From Christensenellaceae bacterium (GTDB lineage Bacteria; Bacillota; Clostridia; Christensenellales; Borkfalkiaceae): a stretch of DNA of 64,000 bases. The stretch lies in contig JAZSNM010000025.1 of NCBI GenBank assembly GCA_045536405.1, positions 23,664 to 87,663 on the forward strand. The letters are read 5' to 3'. This document shows, piece after piece, positions 8,575 through 18,239 of this stretch. Every line of letters starts with the position of its first letter. Within the stretch, counting starts at the first letter, position 1. Both the position numbers and the translations under genes were made by a program. The notes beneath the pieces are model-generated. The model ran no database searches. It worked only from the letters and a program-made list of their open reading frames with translations, and was not told where the DNA came from.

Positions 8575-9255
8575 ATGACATTACAACAATTAAACCGTTA
8601 CATAGATAATCAACTCTATGTAAAGCAAGATGCACACAATTTTGTGCAAAGAGTAAAACGTAGCATTGATAACATTGTTACTGAATTTTTAACAATAGGT
8701 AAAGAGTTAAAAAACGCACAAGAAAAAAAGTATTACGTTGAATTAGGCTATTCAACAATCGATGAATTGTCTACTGACCTATTCGGCATTAAAAAATCTA
8801 CTTGCTATAACTTAATAAATCTATTTGAGCGTTGCACTGATGGGGAAAGTGTTTTGCCTATGTATAAAGGCTACACGCAGACTCAACTTGTAGAACTTGT
8901 TTCGGTTAAAGAAATGCCGGGAGAATTTTTAAAAATAACAACGCCTGAAGACAGCGCTAAAAAAATTAGAAAAGCAAAAAAGATATGGGCTGAAAGGCAA
9001 GATGAAATATTGTCTTCAGAAAATAAAAGGGTAGATAATTTAATAAGTAAATTTTCCACTCGACTGGAAAATAACAACTTAGAAACAACTGAAAAAAACG
9101 ATATTTCAGCAAAATTACGTATCTTAGAAGTCGTTAAACAATTTATGCAAGAAAATAACTGTGTTTGCTTTGTTGCGCCAAAGAGCAAAAAATCAACACG
9201 AAAAAATACAAAATTTATACAATTATTACAAAACTTTATCGAGAAGATTGAGTAA
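8575..9255 (+). CDS. Putative DNA-binding protein (HTH-like segment), function unknown
   Basis: 226 aa. The segment YVELGYSTIDELSTDLFGIKKSTCYNLINLFE resembles the phage DUF3102/ParB-type HTH context, from memory. Confidence 0.45.
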   Translation: MTLQQLNRYIDNQLYVKQDAHNFVQRVKRSIDNIVTEFLTIGKELKNAQEKKYYVELGYSTIDELSTDLFGIKKSTCYNLINLFERCTDGESVLPMYKGYTQTQLVELVSVKEMPGEFLKITTPEDSAKKIRKAKKIWAERQDEILSSENKRVDNLISKFSTRLENNNLETTEKNDISAKLRILEVVKQFMQENNCVCFVAPKSKKSTRKNTKFIQLLQNFIEKIE

Positions 9256-9410
9256 TTTTTTCACCACCTTTAATAAAAGTCTTGTTTAAGTGAGCATCAA
9301 GGATAAAAAAACTCACTGCCAACCCATTTAAATGGGTATTTCTTCCGTGTTTTGGGTTATTCTTCTTAACTTGAAGATAACCCTTACACAAAAAAAAGGA
9401 AAGGTGAATT

Positions 9411-9638
9411 ATGAAAAAAATTATAACAGTCAGCGATTTAGTAGACTACTTTAAGCCTGAACGTATTAAAGTTAGACTTAATAAAAACTGCAATTATCTT
9501 ACTTATTGGAATAAAAAAGAATTGCCTTTATGGCTTACGTTTTTGAATTTTGAAAACTATTACTTATGTAAAATTCAAAAAGCATTAGCTATCTATATCA
9601 CTTTAGGGGTTAACAACTATGGACAAGACTATTATTAA
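9411..9638 (+). CDS. Hypothetical protein
   Basis: 75-aa ORF with RBS GGAAAGGTG upstream. Confidence 0.45.
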   Translation: MKKIITVSDLVDYFKPERIKVRLNKNCNYLTYWNKKELPLWLTFLNFENYYLCKIQKALAIYITLGVNNYGQDYY

Positions 9639-9903
9639 AGTTGCTATAAAAAGACCGGCACAACCCTTAGAAGTTTGCAAAACGTTAAACAACGTAGATA
9701 ATTTTTGTAATATTTTACAGGCTTTAAGTTTTGTTGAGCAATATTGTATTTTTGGTAACGTAATTGTTTTTTACAACAACGAAGTGCCGATAACTAAGAG
9801 AATCTATATTTTTACCTCGAGTTCGCCTGTTGGAGAGCCTACAAACATTACTGATGGAGACATTGAAAAAGTTAACGCTTATTGTGAGTGTATCAGGGGG
9901 TAA
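9619..9903 (+). CDS. Hypothetical protein
   Basis: 94-aa ORF overlapping the previous one by 20 nt. Confidence 0.4.
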   Translation: MDKTIIKVAIKRPAQPLEVCKTLNNVDNFCNILQALSFVEQYCIFGNVIVFYNNEVPITKRIYIFTSSSPVGEPTNITDGDIEKVNAYCECIRG

Positions 9904-9907
9904 TTAT

Positions 9908-10234
9908 ATGTTTAAAAAGGTTAACAAATTATGGATTAACACATTATCAAGTCTATGTGAATTTCGTGAGTGTGATGACGGTAGTTTGCAAATTTTTTAT
10001 TATAACCGTGAAGAGACCGAAGTTCAACTTACGTTAAATAAATACGGTAAATTAGATTATTTAATTAGTCCAAACATACTAGAGAAGAAAATTCAAATGG
10101 TTATTACTATAAGAAGAACTTCAGAGCATTACTATCAAATAATAGCGTTAACTAATAAAAGTTCGCAAATATATACGGCAAAAGGTTATGAAGGTATAAA
10201 TAGAACTCTTAACAATATTTATTACAACTATTAG
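9908..10234 (+). CDS. Hypothetical protein
   Basis: The start is moved to the ATG at 9908 (MFKKVN), which is preceded by AGGGGG. The track start at 9830 would overlap the previous ORF. Confidence 0.45.
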   Translation: MFKKVNKLWINTLSSLCEFRECDDGSLQIFYYNREETEVQLTLNKYGKLDYLISPNILEKKIQMVITIRRTSEHYYQIIALTNKSSQIYTAKGYEGINRTLNNIYYNY

Positions 10235-10266
10235 TTTATTACTGCTTTTTAAGGAGGCTTTAAAAT

Positions 10267-11484
10267 ATGAAAAAAATTGTATCATTATTTTTAGTAATAA
10301 TACTTATTATTGCTGGCTATTTTGCTTACACCTATTGTTCTAAAAACTGGGACAAGTGGTTTAACAGCAAAAACGATGAAATAGTTCAGCCGGGAACTGA
10401 CACGCCGGAAACTGACACGCCAGGAACACCGGACACGCCGGAAACTGATGCGCCGGAAATTTTTATTAAAGAAAACGTTATTGAAAGTTTTTTAACGCCG
10501 GAAACCGTTGCGTGTGCTTATTACTACAACACTCAAACGGAATATAACGCTGAAACAGGCGAAGGTAACGTTATTTACAAAAAAGACCTTTTTGGCCAAT
10601 ATCTAGATGCTAATAATAACGTGGTTAATGAAGATGGTTACATAATAGACAATGAAGGCAAAGTAACTACTGTAAAATCTTCAAGAGTTGTTGAACGTTA
10701 CGTTAACGTTAACTCAAAATACACTCAAAATCCTTCTGCGCAATGGCATAGTAACGTGACGGATAACAATAATGAAACTCGTAAAGGCGTTATATCTTGT
10801 CAAGCAATCGATACATACTTTAATAATTTCTACATAAGAAGTAGTATTAGAACGCAAAAATTTTACAAGAAAGGACCATTAAATGTTGTTGACGACCCAT
10901 CATGGGATTTCATAAGCGTGTGGTTAATGATTGATGGGCCTGAGGGGGAAACAACGACAATATATAGGAATATGACGTATTACCCTGAACAAGTTCCAAA
11001 TAATACTTGGTATGAATTGAAAATAACCAAACAACACTATGCAAATCATCCATATAAGGAAGGGGAAGCAAATTATTCTATTTACCCTTACTATGATTTC
11101 TCTTATGATAGAGACACAAATCCAATGCCTTTAATATCTCTTGGCAATGCGCCAGTTAATAAAGACGTTACTATATATTTTGACCAAATTTCGTATGAAA
11201 AAGAGTTAAATATTAACGTAGATAACGATACTACAAACGGTACATGCACTATTACTGCAGATATTCCTGGCATTGAAGATTATAAAATTTCGTATGAAGT
11301 TCAAGATATGTTAGGCAATACGCTCTACACTTACAATTATTTTAACGTGACTGAAAGTGCAGATTATAAAGTTATAGTAACTTGCGATTACACTTACACC
11401 TACATAAATAATGAAGGTAAAACTGCTGTAGCGAGTAATACAATAACAAAAAGTAAAGTTTTTACTTTGACTAAAGATGAATAA
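10267..11484 (+). CDS. N-terminally membrane-anchored protein with TDTPE-repeat linker
   Basis: 405 aa. The N-terminal TM is IVSLFLVIILIIAGYFAY. It is followed by tandem TDTPETDTPGTPDTPETDAPE (15-nt DNA repeats around 10391-10455). Confidence 0.6.
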   Translation: MKKIVSLFLVIILIIAGYFAYTYCSKNWDKWFNSKNDEIVQPGTDTPETDTPGTPDTPETDAPEIFIKENVIESFLTPETVACAYYYNTQTEYNAETGEGNVIYKKDLFGQYLDANNNVVNEDGYIIDNEGKVTTVKSSRVVERYVNVNSKYTQNPSAQWHSNVTDNNNETRKGVISCQAIDTYFNNFYIRSSIRTQKFYKKGPLNVVDDPSWDFISVWLMIDGPEGETTTIYRNMTYYPEQVPNNTWYELKITKQHYANHPYKEGEANYSIYPYYDFSYDRDTNPMPLISLGNAPVNKDVTIYFDQISYEKELNINVDNDTTNGTCTITADIPGIEDYKISYEVQDMLGNTLYTYNYFNVTESADYKVIVTCDYTYTYINNEGKTAVASNTITKSKVFTLTKDE

Positions 11485-11495
11485 GAGGTGATATT

Positions 11496-11945
11496 ATGGA
11501 TTATAAAAAAATTTTAGGTTTAGTTTTAGTTGTAGTTTTAATAGTAGGTGTAACGCTTGGAATAGTATTTGGCGTTAAAGGTTGCAATAATAACACTTCC
11601 GGTGAAATAGCAACTCAATCAAGTGTTTCGTTTGATGACACTCAATCTACTTCTAATGCTTATATAAGAGCCTGGGCTGTTAGCAAAGATGAATTAACTA
11701 AAATAACATATCAAATTGATACGTTAGATGAAGTTAGTTTTTCAACTAAATTAAAAGGCGCAGTTGATGAAGACTGGAAATATTACGATAAAGATTTTAA
11801 AAAATTAAAATATATTGACTCTGGAGATAAACTAATAGATATTTCTAATTTAAATGAAGGCAAGCACACTATATCTATCTATATATATAATGAAGATGAT
11901 GAGTGTGAGTGTATTTACGAAAGCATTTTTAGAGTTAAAAAATAG
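11496..11945 (+). CDS. N-terminally membrane-anchored small protein
   Basis: 149 aa with TM ILGLVLVVVLIVGVTLGIVFGV and RBS AGAGGTG. Confidence 0.55.
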   Translation: MDYKKILGLVLVVVLIVGVTLGIVFGVKGCNNNTSGEIATQSSVSFDDTQSTSNAYIRAWAVSKDELTKITYQIDTLDEVSFSTKLKGAVDEDWKYYDKDFKKLKYIDSGDKLIDISNLNEGKHTISIYIYNEDDECECIYESIFRVKK

Positions 11946-11952
11946 GTAGATT

Positions 11953-14900
11953 ATGAATAATAAGATAATAACCTTTAAAAATAAATTGATATTTATATTG
12001 ACAACAATAGCCCTACTTTGTTTAGGGCTTTTTAGCATTTCGATAAACGTCAATACCGTAAACGGCGCAACAACTCTACCAAGCGCAAGCGGAGACTGGT
12101 GCGTCTCGAACGGCATTAGTTTTGATAAAGATGATAGGTTTCGACTAGAAAGTGTTGAGGTTAATGTAGATCAATATCGCACTGCTGGCTTTATAGATTG
12201 TCTTGTATATCTAGATGAAGATATTCAATTTTCTATCTATTCTGAGTTGGGAGAATTAGACCCCCTACGTACCATTACAGTTGTCACCACTGATATAGCT
12301 TATTATTACAACTTTAAAGTAGATGATATTTATTTAGCTGGTAAAGATGGTCTCGAAGAGGATTTACTTTTTTATTCTGATGCTTACATCGAGAAAGAAC
12401 CTAGTAATGCGTATTATGATAGATTTATGTTTTACAATGGAGGGAATTTAGATGGTTCCAACTATGCACAAATTGAATACATTCCTTATAATTCACAAAA
12501 TTATTACATATTCTCACTGCTAGTTTTTACAGGTCCTTGTATACCTCAAGGAACAATAGATACTCTATATTGCAAAATCGCCGGCAAAACTGACGTAAAA
12601 ACAATAAATATAGATAGAGAAATTAATAATATTTTAACAACGTCTACTGATAGAGACAAATTGACTACTGCTCAAAAAATTAAAGGCGTTTATACTAATG
12701 CCTCAACGGTTCCTGTTACAATCAAGTATAAAACTATTAAAGAAGGTGCTTTCGAAGTGACCGATGAGACGGAAGTAGTTGAGGTCGACCCGCTTTATAT
12801 ATATAATGAAAATTATATTGTTGAGCAAGTTAAAGCAACTCTCGGATTTTCAAATTTTAATGAGGAATTTGACTGTGTATATACTAAAAACATTATTGAA
12901 ACAGGACTTACAAACACTTTAGACAAAAAAATAAGACAAGAAGTTAATATCGATGACCCTTATTCGTATATGGTTATAGATAGTGACGGCGCTGGTATTG
13001 AGGGCGCTACATTAACGGTAAATTATAATAAATTTCAGTACAAAGATTTAAACGTTCGAATAATGACTAATAGCACTGACCCGGAAGTGCTTCAAAATTT
13101 TGTAGCGCATTATTACACAACAAAAGTAACAGCTTCAGACGAAGAATTCACCTTGACTTTTAATTATGCGGAAATTCAAGAGCAATTTAACACAACTTTA
13201 AACTGGTTATTTAACATAAGGGAGTATATGAGTACGGATGCAGGTAAAAACTGCTTACAGGTTAAAGGTGAAAGTGATAGCATTAAAGTTAACGTGTATG
13301 AAGATAAGTTTACGGTAACGTTTAACGGCTCGGATGAAGACAAGCTTAAAAATCTATACATAAGTTTAGTTTTACCCATAGTGGAAGATGAAAAAGTTGA
13401 CGTTAGAATAATATACAAATATATAACTAGCAATTCTGACTTTAGTTTAAATATTGAAGATAGAGTAATAGAAGATAATGATATTTGGTATACCGACTCT
13501 CTTGCTTATATTAACTTACAAACAATTATGAGTCAGTATGGGTCAACGATAACACAAGGTTGTAATCCAGAAGTTTTAAACGGTAATAAAGTTTATGAGC
13601 CGACCGGTGTTATATTATTAACTGAAGACAAAATTGAAGGCGAAAGAAAAGTATACACTTATAAAATAACGTACGATATCGAGTCTATATTTTTAGTTAC
13701 AACAACGTTTCAAAACAATGAAGTTTTAGAAAAAAGATACGTAACGTTAAGCGAAACTACTAATATTTATTCAGGTGCTTATTTTGTAGATGCAAACGCA
13801 ATACCTAAAGAATATCGTGTAAAAACAGTTAATATTCCTCAATCATTAGACGGTATTAGATACGTTAACACTAAAATGCAAGAAGGCACTAAAGGTTTTT
13901 ACGGCGAATTATATTACACTCTTGCCGTTTCAAAAAATTCCGGCGTAGTTATTCCGGTAGAGATAGTTTTAATTGATACCTGGCATTTGACTATTAACTA
14001 TATGAGAGAGTACTGGTATGAAAAGAACGGCGCTTTAACACGTTCACCGTTTGCTATAAAAAGCAAATTTGAAGGTGAAGTTAAAATTAAAGATTATGAA
14101 GCGGAATCACCTCATTATTTAACTAAAGAAGATTATAAAAAAATATTAGGTTTAGATTACTTAACGATTTGCGATAAAGTGGACGTTATGACAATTCAAA
14201 CTAATGGTGCTTATGGCGTTCACGAAGTTTGGTTTGACTACACGCAAACAAACGTTAAGTGTATGAATTATGACGGTGAAAATCCTCAAAACCCGCAAAA
14301 AGGAAGTTTTGAAGTCAAAGTTCCTTTAACTAGTTATGCTGAATGGTGCAATTCGTTCGGCGAAAACTGGTCAATACTCTATTTGAACAAGCCAGATAAT
14401 ATTTATTTTAAATATACTAATTCAATAGATAAAAATAAATCAGAGGCTGAAAATCGTGCGCTTTTATATGGTTTCTTTACGGTTGCAGTTTTCGAACAAC
14501 AAATATCTGATTTAAACTATTTATTCCAGCAAAATACTTCAAACGGTTGTGTTACTGCATTTACCTCTCTTAACGTTCAAGGCAGTAAACTCTATGAATT
14601 TTTTGGCAAAAAAGCTGAAGGTAGCGCCTTAGGTTCAGTCTTAAGCCGTGTAGGTATGGCATTATGCGAATTTATTAATCCAGAGAATAAAATGTACTAC
14701 TCATACTTTTTATATTTAGATTGCACGTCTGATTTACCGTATTTAGCTTTAAACGGCGCTGATAGTTATGATGATGAAGATAGCGCTATTGTAAATAAAG
14801 GTGAAGATATTAAAGATGAGTTAGAAGATACATTTGGCTCTGGCTGGGAAAAGTTTAAAAAGTGGTTTGGCGAAGAAGTTTGGGATGCCTGGCTTAAATA

Positions 14901-14979
14901 TTTTGTTTTTATTGCATTAGGATTGATATTATTGTCGTTAGTTCTAAAAATAGTAATTAAGATATTTTCTATTAAATAA
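11953..14979 (+). CDS. Large secreted protein with C-terminal TM anchor (candidate spike/adsorption protein)
   Basis: 1008 aa. The N-terminal signal-like segment is LIFILTTIALLCLGLFSISINVNTVNGA. The C-terminal TM is YFVFIALGLILLSLVLKIVIKIF. I recognise no enzymatic motif. Confidence 0.6.
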   Translation: MNNKIITFKNKLIFILTTIALLCLGLFSISINVNTVNGATTLPSASGDWCVSNGISFDKDDRFRLESVEVNVDQYRTAGFIDCLVYLDEDIQFSIYSELGELDPLRTITVVTTDIAYYYNFKVDDIYLAGKDGLEEDLLFYSDAYIEKEPSNAYYDRFMFYNGGNLDGSNYAQIEYIPYNSQNYYIFSLLVFTGPCIPQGTIDTLYCKIAGKTDVKTINIDREINNILTTSTDRDKLTTAQKIKGVYTNASTVPVTIKYKTIKEGAFEVTDETEVVEVDPLYIYNENYIVEQVKATLGFSNFNEEFDCVYTKNIIETGLTNTLDKKIRQEVNIDDPYSYMVIDSDGAGIEGATLTVNYNKFQYKDLNVRIMTNSTDPEVLQNFVAHYYTTKVTASDEEFTLTFNYAEIQEQFNTTLNWLFNIREYMSTDAGKNCLQVKGESDSIKVNVYEDKFTVTFNGSDEDKLKNLYISLVLPIVEDEKVDVRIIYKYITSNSDFSLNIEDRVIEDNDIWYTDSLAYINLQTIMSQYGSTITQGCNPEVLNGNKVYEPTGVILLTEDKIEGERKVYTYKITYDIESIFLVTTTFQNNEVLEKRYVTLSETTNIYSGAYFVDANAIPKEYRVKTVNIPQSLDGIRYVNTKMQEGTKGFYGELYYTLAVSKNSGVVIPVEIVLIDTWHLTINYMREYWYEKNGALTRSPFAIKSKFEGEVKIKDYEAESPHYLTKEDYKKILGLDYLTICDKVDVMTIQTNGAYGVHEVWFDYTQTNVKCMNYDGENPQNPQKGSFEVKVPLTSYAEWCNSFGENWSILYLNKPDNIYFKYTNSIDKNKSEAENRALLYGFFTVAVFEQQISDLNYLFQQNTSNGCVTAFTSLNVQGSKLYEFFGKKAEGSALGSVLSRVGMALCEFINPENKMYYSYFLYLDCTSDLPYLALNGADSYDDEDSAIVNKGEDIKDELEDTFGSGWEKFKKWFGEEVWDAWLKYFVFIALGLILLSLVLKIVIKIFSIK

Positions 14980-14986
14980 TTAAAAT

Positions 14987-16834
14987 ATGAGTTTAAGTAA
15001 CATTTTAAATAAAGTTGAAAATAATAAAAAAGAAGTAAAGAATTCACCTTCGAATACAAGTGGTAAATTTGAGGGTGAAGGCTTTACTTTTGTTTTAAAA
15101 AAAACTTTAAATCATAATACTTCTAAGGCTGAAAGTATACAAAGAATTAAAGCGGAAAACGAGGCTATCAAAAATTACCTTCAAGAAAAGGAACTAGTCG
15201 AAAAAAATTTAAAACGTACTGAGACTAATAATTTTTTAAAATTTCGTACAGGTCGAAGGTATATCAATAAATTTGGACCTAACAAAAATCTCCCGGTAAT
15301 AATTAAAGATTATTTTGCGCCGGAATTTGAATTAAATCAAAAGCAACGTGAATATGTAGAAAATACTATTGATAATGATGATATTCGACTTGAAACTGAA
15401 GACGTCATTGTATCAAATAACCCTCTAGGCTTAAACAAATATTTGTTTTTCAATGCTGTAGATAGATGCGCTAACGGGTTAATATACTACAGCGTACCGT
15501 TTTTGTTTAGTTTTTTAGCAATAATTCTTAATTTTAATTTAAACAATTTTTTCGAAAATTTAATAACGGCAATTATTTTATTGTCTTTTGTTTTAATGGT
15601 TAGAAAAAATTTTAAAAGCGAAGAAAAAGCAATTATTAAATTGCTATATCTTATTCTATCCTTATTTTTAGTTGTTTTTATAGCATATATAGTCTACGAA
15701 GTATCTCCAACGACTTACGACAAAATAGATTTAACGTTTACTATTAAACTATTCTTCTTTGGCTTCGGCGTTTATTATTTCGGTAAATTTTACGTGTTAT
15801 TTATTAAAATGTATCGTCAAGATTGCAATCCAGATATCGGTAACGTCGTTTCGTGTAATTATGGCGCTCCAGGAAGTGGAAAGACTTCAAACGCAGTTCA
15901 AGAGGCGTACGTTTTAGCTTTAATTAAATGGCGCCAACTTCAAGCTGACTTTATGGACGTTCACTCGAGGGAAAAAGAAATTTTAAAAAGGAATAATCCT
16001 AAAGAGCTTTTAGATAGATACGAAATAATAGAATCTTATAAATTTTATATTATGCGCCCTTGTATTCCTTGCTTGTGGTCAAATTTAGAAATTTACGACT
16101 CTAAAGGTAGGCGTTCTCACGAGGTCGAAATTGACCATATACGAGGACTTAAGAGATTGCCTTTATATTCTGTTGTATTATTCGATGAATTAGGCGCTGT
16201 TTTAAAGTCACAGTTAGGTTTTGAAAAAACTGAAAACTATGATTTTAGTGACATGTTTAGATTAGGTAGACAGTTTATAAAATGGACGGTAATTTGTTGC
16301 GAGCAAGACCCTTCAAATATCTATATCGATTGTAGGCGTGTAATGGGCAAGAATAGAGGGTTTTTGGGTCAAGAATGGCACAATAAACCAGTCTTTTTAT
16401 TAGGTATTTATAAATTTTTAAATTTATTAAGAACTGAAACGTGCGATAAAAAAGTTAAAAGAAAAACTGCTTATGCTAAATTTTTAAATATACTTGGTAA
16501 TTTTGTATATTCGATAGGTTTTCGAATTCAATATTTAACAAGTATGGGGAATACACAAACAGGTATTACCGGCAAGCAAATTTCAGTTAATGGTGAAGTC
16601 TTTTCAAAACTAACTTATAGAATAACGCCAGCAAATATGATTGTAGACTATGATGATAGAGAGTATCGCTGGCAATACCCTTCAAGATTTGATAAACGCA
16701 TTAATGCTGAACTTTGTGGCGTTGGCCGTTTAGGTGAACGAGTTGTTGGATTTAAAAGACAATTTGTATCGAGTACTACTTTATTAGATGAAAAACGCTA
16801 TGCGCAAGACTACTACATAAAAAAAATTGCGTAA
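14987..16834 (+). CDS. Membrane-embedded P-loop NTPase, Zot/pI-like (alternative: FtsK-like translocase)
   Basis: 615 aa. About 4-5 TM segments lie between roughly aa 160 and 285. Walker A is NYGAPGSGKTS and Walker B is VVLFDELG. Confidence 0.6.
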   Translation: MSLSNILNKVENNKKEVKNSPSNTSGKFEGEGFTFVLKKTLNHNTSKAESIQRIKAENEAIKNYLQEKELVEKNLKRTETNNFLKFRTGRRYINKFGPNKNLPVIIKDYFAPEFELNQKQREYVENTIDNDDIRLETEDVIVSNNPLGLNKYLFFNAVDRCANGLIYYSVPFLFSFLAIILNFNLNNFFENLITAIILLSFVLMVRKNFKSEEKAIIKLLYLILSLFLVVFIAYIVYEVSPTTYDKIDLTFTIKLFFFGFGVYYFGKFYVLFIKMYRQDCNPDIGNVVSCNYGAPGSGKTSNAVQEAYVLALIKWRQLQADFMDVHSREKEILKRNNPKELLDRYEIIESYKFYIMRPCIPCLWSNLEIYDSKGRRSHEVEIDHIRGLKRLPLYSVVLFDELGAVLKSQLGFEKTENYDFSDMFRLGRQFIKWTVICCEQDPSNIYIDCRRVMGKNRGFLGQEWHNKPVFLLGIYKFLNLLRTETCDKKVKRKTAYAKFLNILGNFVYSIGFRIQYLTSMGNTQTGITGKQISVNGEVFSKLTYRITPANMIVDYDDREYRWQYPSRFDKRINAELCGVGRLGERVVGFKRQFVSSTTLLDEKRYAQDYYIKKIA

Positions 16835-16844
16835 AGAAATTAAC

Positions 16845-16888
16845 GTGCAAATTTATATATAAGTGCGTTTCTATATATCAATTTGCAC
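16845..16888 (+). terminator. AT-rich inverted repeat after the ATPase gene (terminator or origin-like hairpin)
   Basis: GTGCAAATTTATATATA pairs with TATATATCAATTTGCAC. Confidence 0.4.
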
Positions 16889-17033
16889 GGTAATTTTAGC
16901 AATTTTTTTATGATAATATAAACACAACTACGCTAATAAAAGTAACTATTATAATATAAACAAAATTCCATTTTAATTTATAAAAAATTTACGGTACGCA
17001 GTATAGGAAATTTTTTATTCGGGCTTTCAATTT

Positions 17034-17444
17034 ATGATAAATAATTTAGATATTTCAATTTTTGATAAACGTTTTAAGCAAATTAGACCGGCAAAATTGC
17101 TGTTAGATATGTTAGTTTATTTATACTGTCTAAAAGACAGTCCTTTTAAGTATGCTGAAAACACGTTAAAGATTAGTGAGTTAAATTTAATCGAGGCAAT
17201 GAGTGAAGTCGGCGTTAATGAGCTAACAAAGAGTCAACTTCAATCTAAGGAACGTAGGCTCCGCTGGTGGAGAACTCGCCTCGAGCTCGAAGGCGCTATT
17301 AAGTACAAGCAAAGTAACGTTAGTCTATATATGATTAATCCGTTATACTACTTTAACGGAACGGATGCAGAGTTTAAAAAGGCTAAAAATAGGTGGAATT
17401 CATTTGATTGTAAGCATACACCTTACTATTTTAATGAAATTTAA
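17034..17444 (+). CDS. RepL-like winged-helix protein (tentative)
   Basis: 136 aa. The pattern LLLDMLVYLY...LYMINPLYYFNGTD resembles the Firmicute RepL pattern I recall. There is no clear RBS at the listed start. Confidence 0.35.
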   Translation: MINNLDISIFDKRFKQIRPAKLLLDMLVYLYCLKDSPFKYAENTLKISELNLIEAMSEVGVNELTKSQLQSKERRLRWWRTRLELEGAIKYKQSNVSLYMINPLYYFNGTDAEFKKAKNRWNSFDCKHTPYYFNEI

Positions 17445-17457
17445 CAAGGAGCGATTT

Positions 17458-17799
17458 ATGGGAAGAAGAAAAAGATACATAAAAGGTAAAGTTTATTTTA
17501 CTACTGATAAATTACTAGTTGGTGGAAAAGGAAAGACTCGTAGAGTTGTATCAATGGGAAATGATAAAAGTAATATGGAAGTAAGACGTATATTTTCTTT
17601 ACATGATAAAAACGGTAATATAAGAGAACGTCTTATTCCTATTGAAAAATATAAAGATATACCTAAACCAAGTGGAGTTGAAAAGAAAACTTTTCGCAAA
17701 ACTGTTAATGGAAAACCTATACAAGAAAAGTATTTAGGTAAAACAAATACAAGGCTTAATAAATGGGATATGTCAAAAATAATTAACAATAAAAAATGA
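17458..17799 (+). CDS. Small highly basic protein (possible DNA-binding)
   Basis: The start is set at the ATG at 17458 (MGRRKRYIKGK) after AAGGAG. About 113 aa, very Lys/Arg-rich. Confidence 0.5.
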   Translation: MGRRKRYIKGKVYFTTDKLLVGGKGKTRRVVSMGNDKSNMEVRRIFSLHDKNGNIRERLIPIEKYKDIPKPSGVEKKTFRKTVNGKPIQEKYLGKTNTRLNKWDMSKIINNKK

Positions 17800-17928
17800 G
17801 TGGTAATAGTAAATACTATTACCACACTTGAAATAATTTATTTAATTATTTCGGTCGGAAATACCCGACAAATAAATTATATTAAATTTTTAAAAAATTG
17901 TCAACTAAAAATTATAAGGTAAATTATT

Positions 17929-18171
17929 ATGGTATACTATCATTTTCAATTGCCGGACAAATATATATCAACTTATGGACTGAACGTAGGTCAAATTAAA
18001 ACTTTTGAAGGGCATAGAGATATTATAGGTGCATGTATCGAGCGCACGTCAATCAATAAATATAAGGTTGTGGTGTTGTATAAAAAGAATCAACTACTAC
18101 ATACACAGGCATTTAGCATGCGTGATGCTTTTAATATTATTAAAAATTGCTATATAAATACTAATATTTAA
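17929..18171 (+). CDS. Hypothetical protein
   Basis: 80-aa ORF followed by hairpins at 18181-18206 and 18210-18230. Confidence 0.45.
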   Translation: MVYYHFQLPDKYISTYGLNVGQIKTFEGHRDIIGACIERTSINKYKVVVLYKKNQLLHTQAFSMRDAFNIIKNCYINTNI

Positions 18172-18209
18172 AATTTAAACTCTCACAATGCGTTTTAGTG
18201 AGAGTATTT

Positions 18210-18230
18210 CACCGTACACGGTGATTTTTC
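18210..18230 (+). terminator. Intrinsic terminator
   Basis: TCACCG-taca-CGGTGA followed by TTTTT. Confidence 0.6.
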
Positions 18231-18239
18231 AAATACAAT

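Noticed and set aside
10391-10455. Short tandem DNA repeats (GAAACTGACACGCCG-like), a possible CRISPR or VNTR
   Set aside because: They lie in-frame inside a CDS and encode a TDTPE linker. There are no spacers of unique sequence. No CRISPR array is evident anywhere in the window.
17365-17457. N-terminal extension of the basic protein ORF (track start 17365)
   Set aside because: The extension overlaps the end of the preceding gene. The ATG at 17458 has a consensus AAGGAG RBS at the correct spacing.
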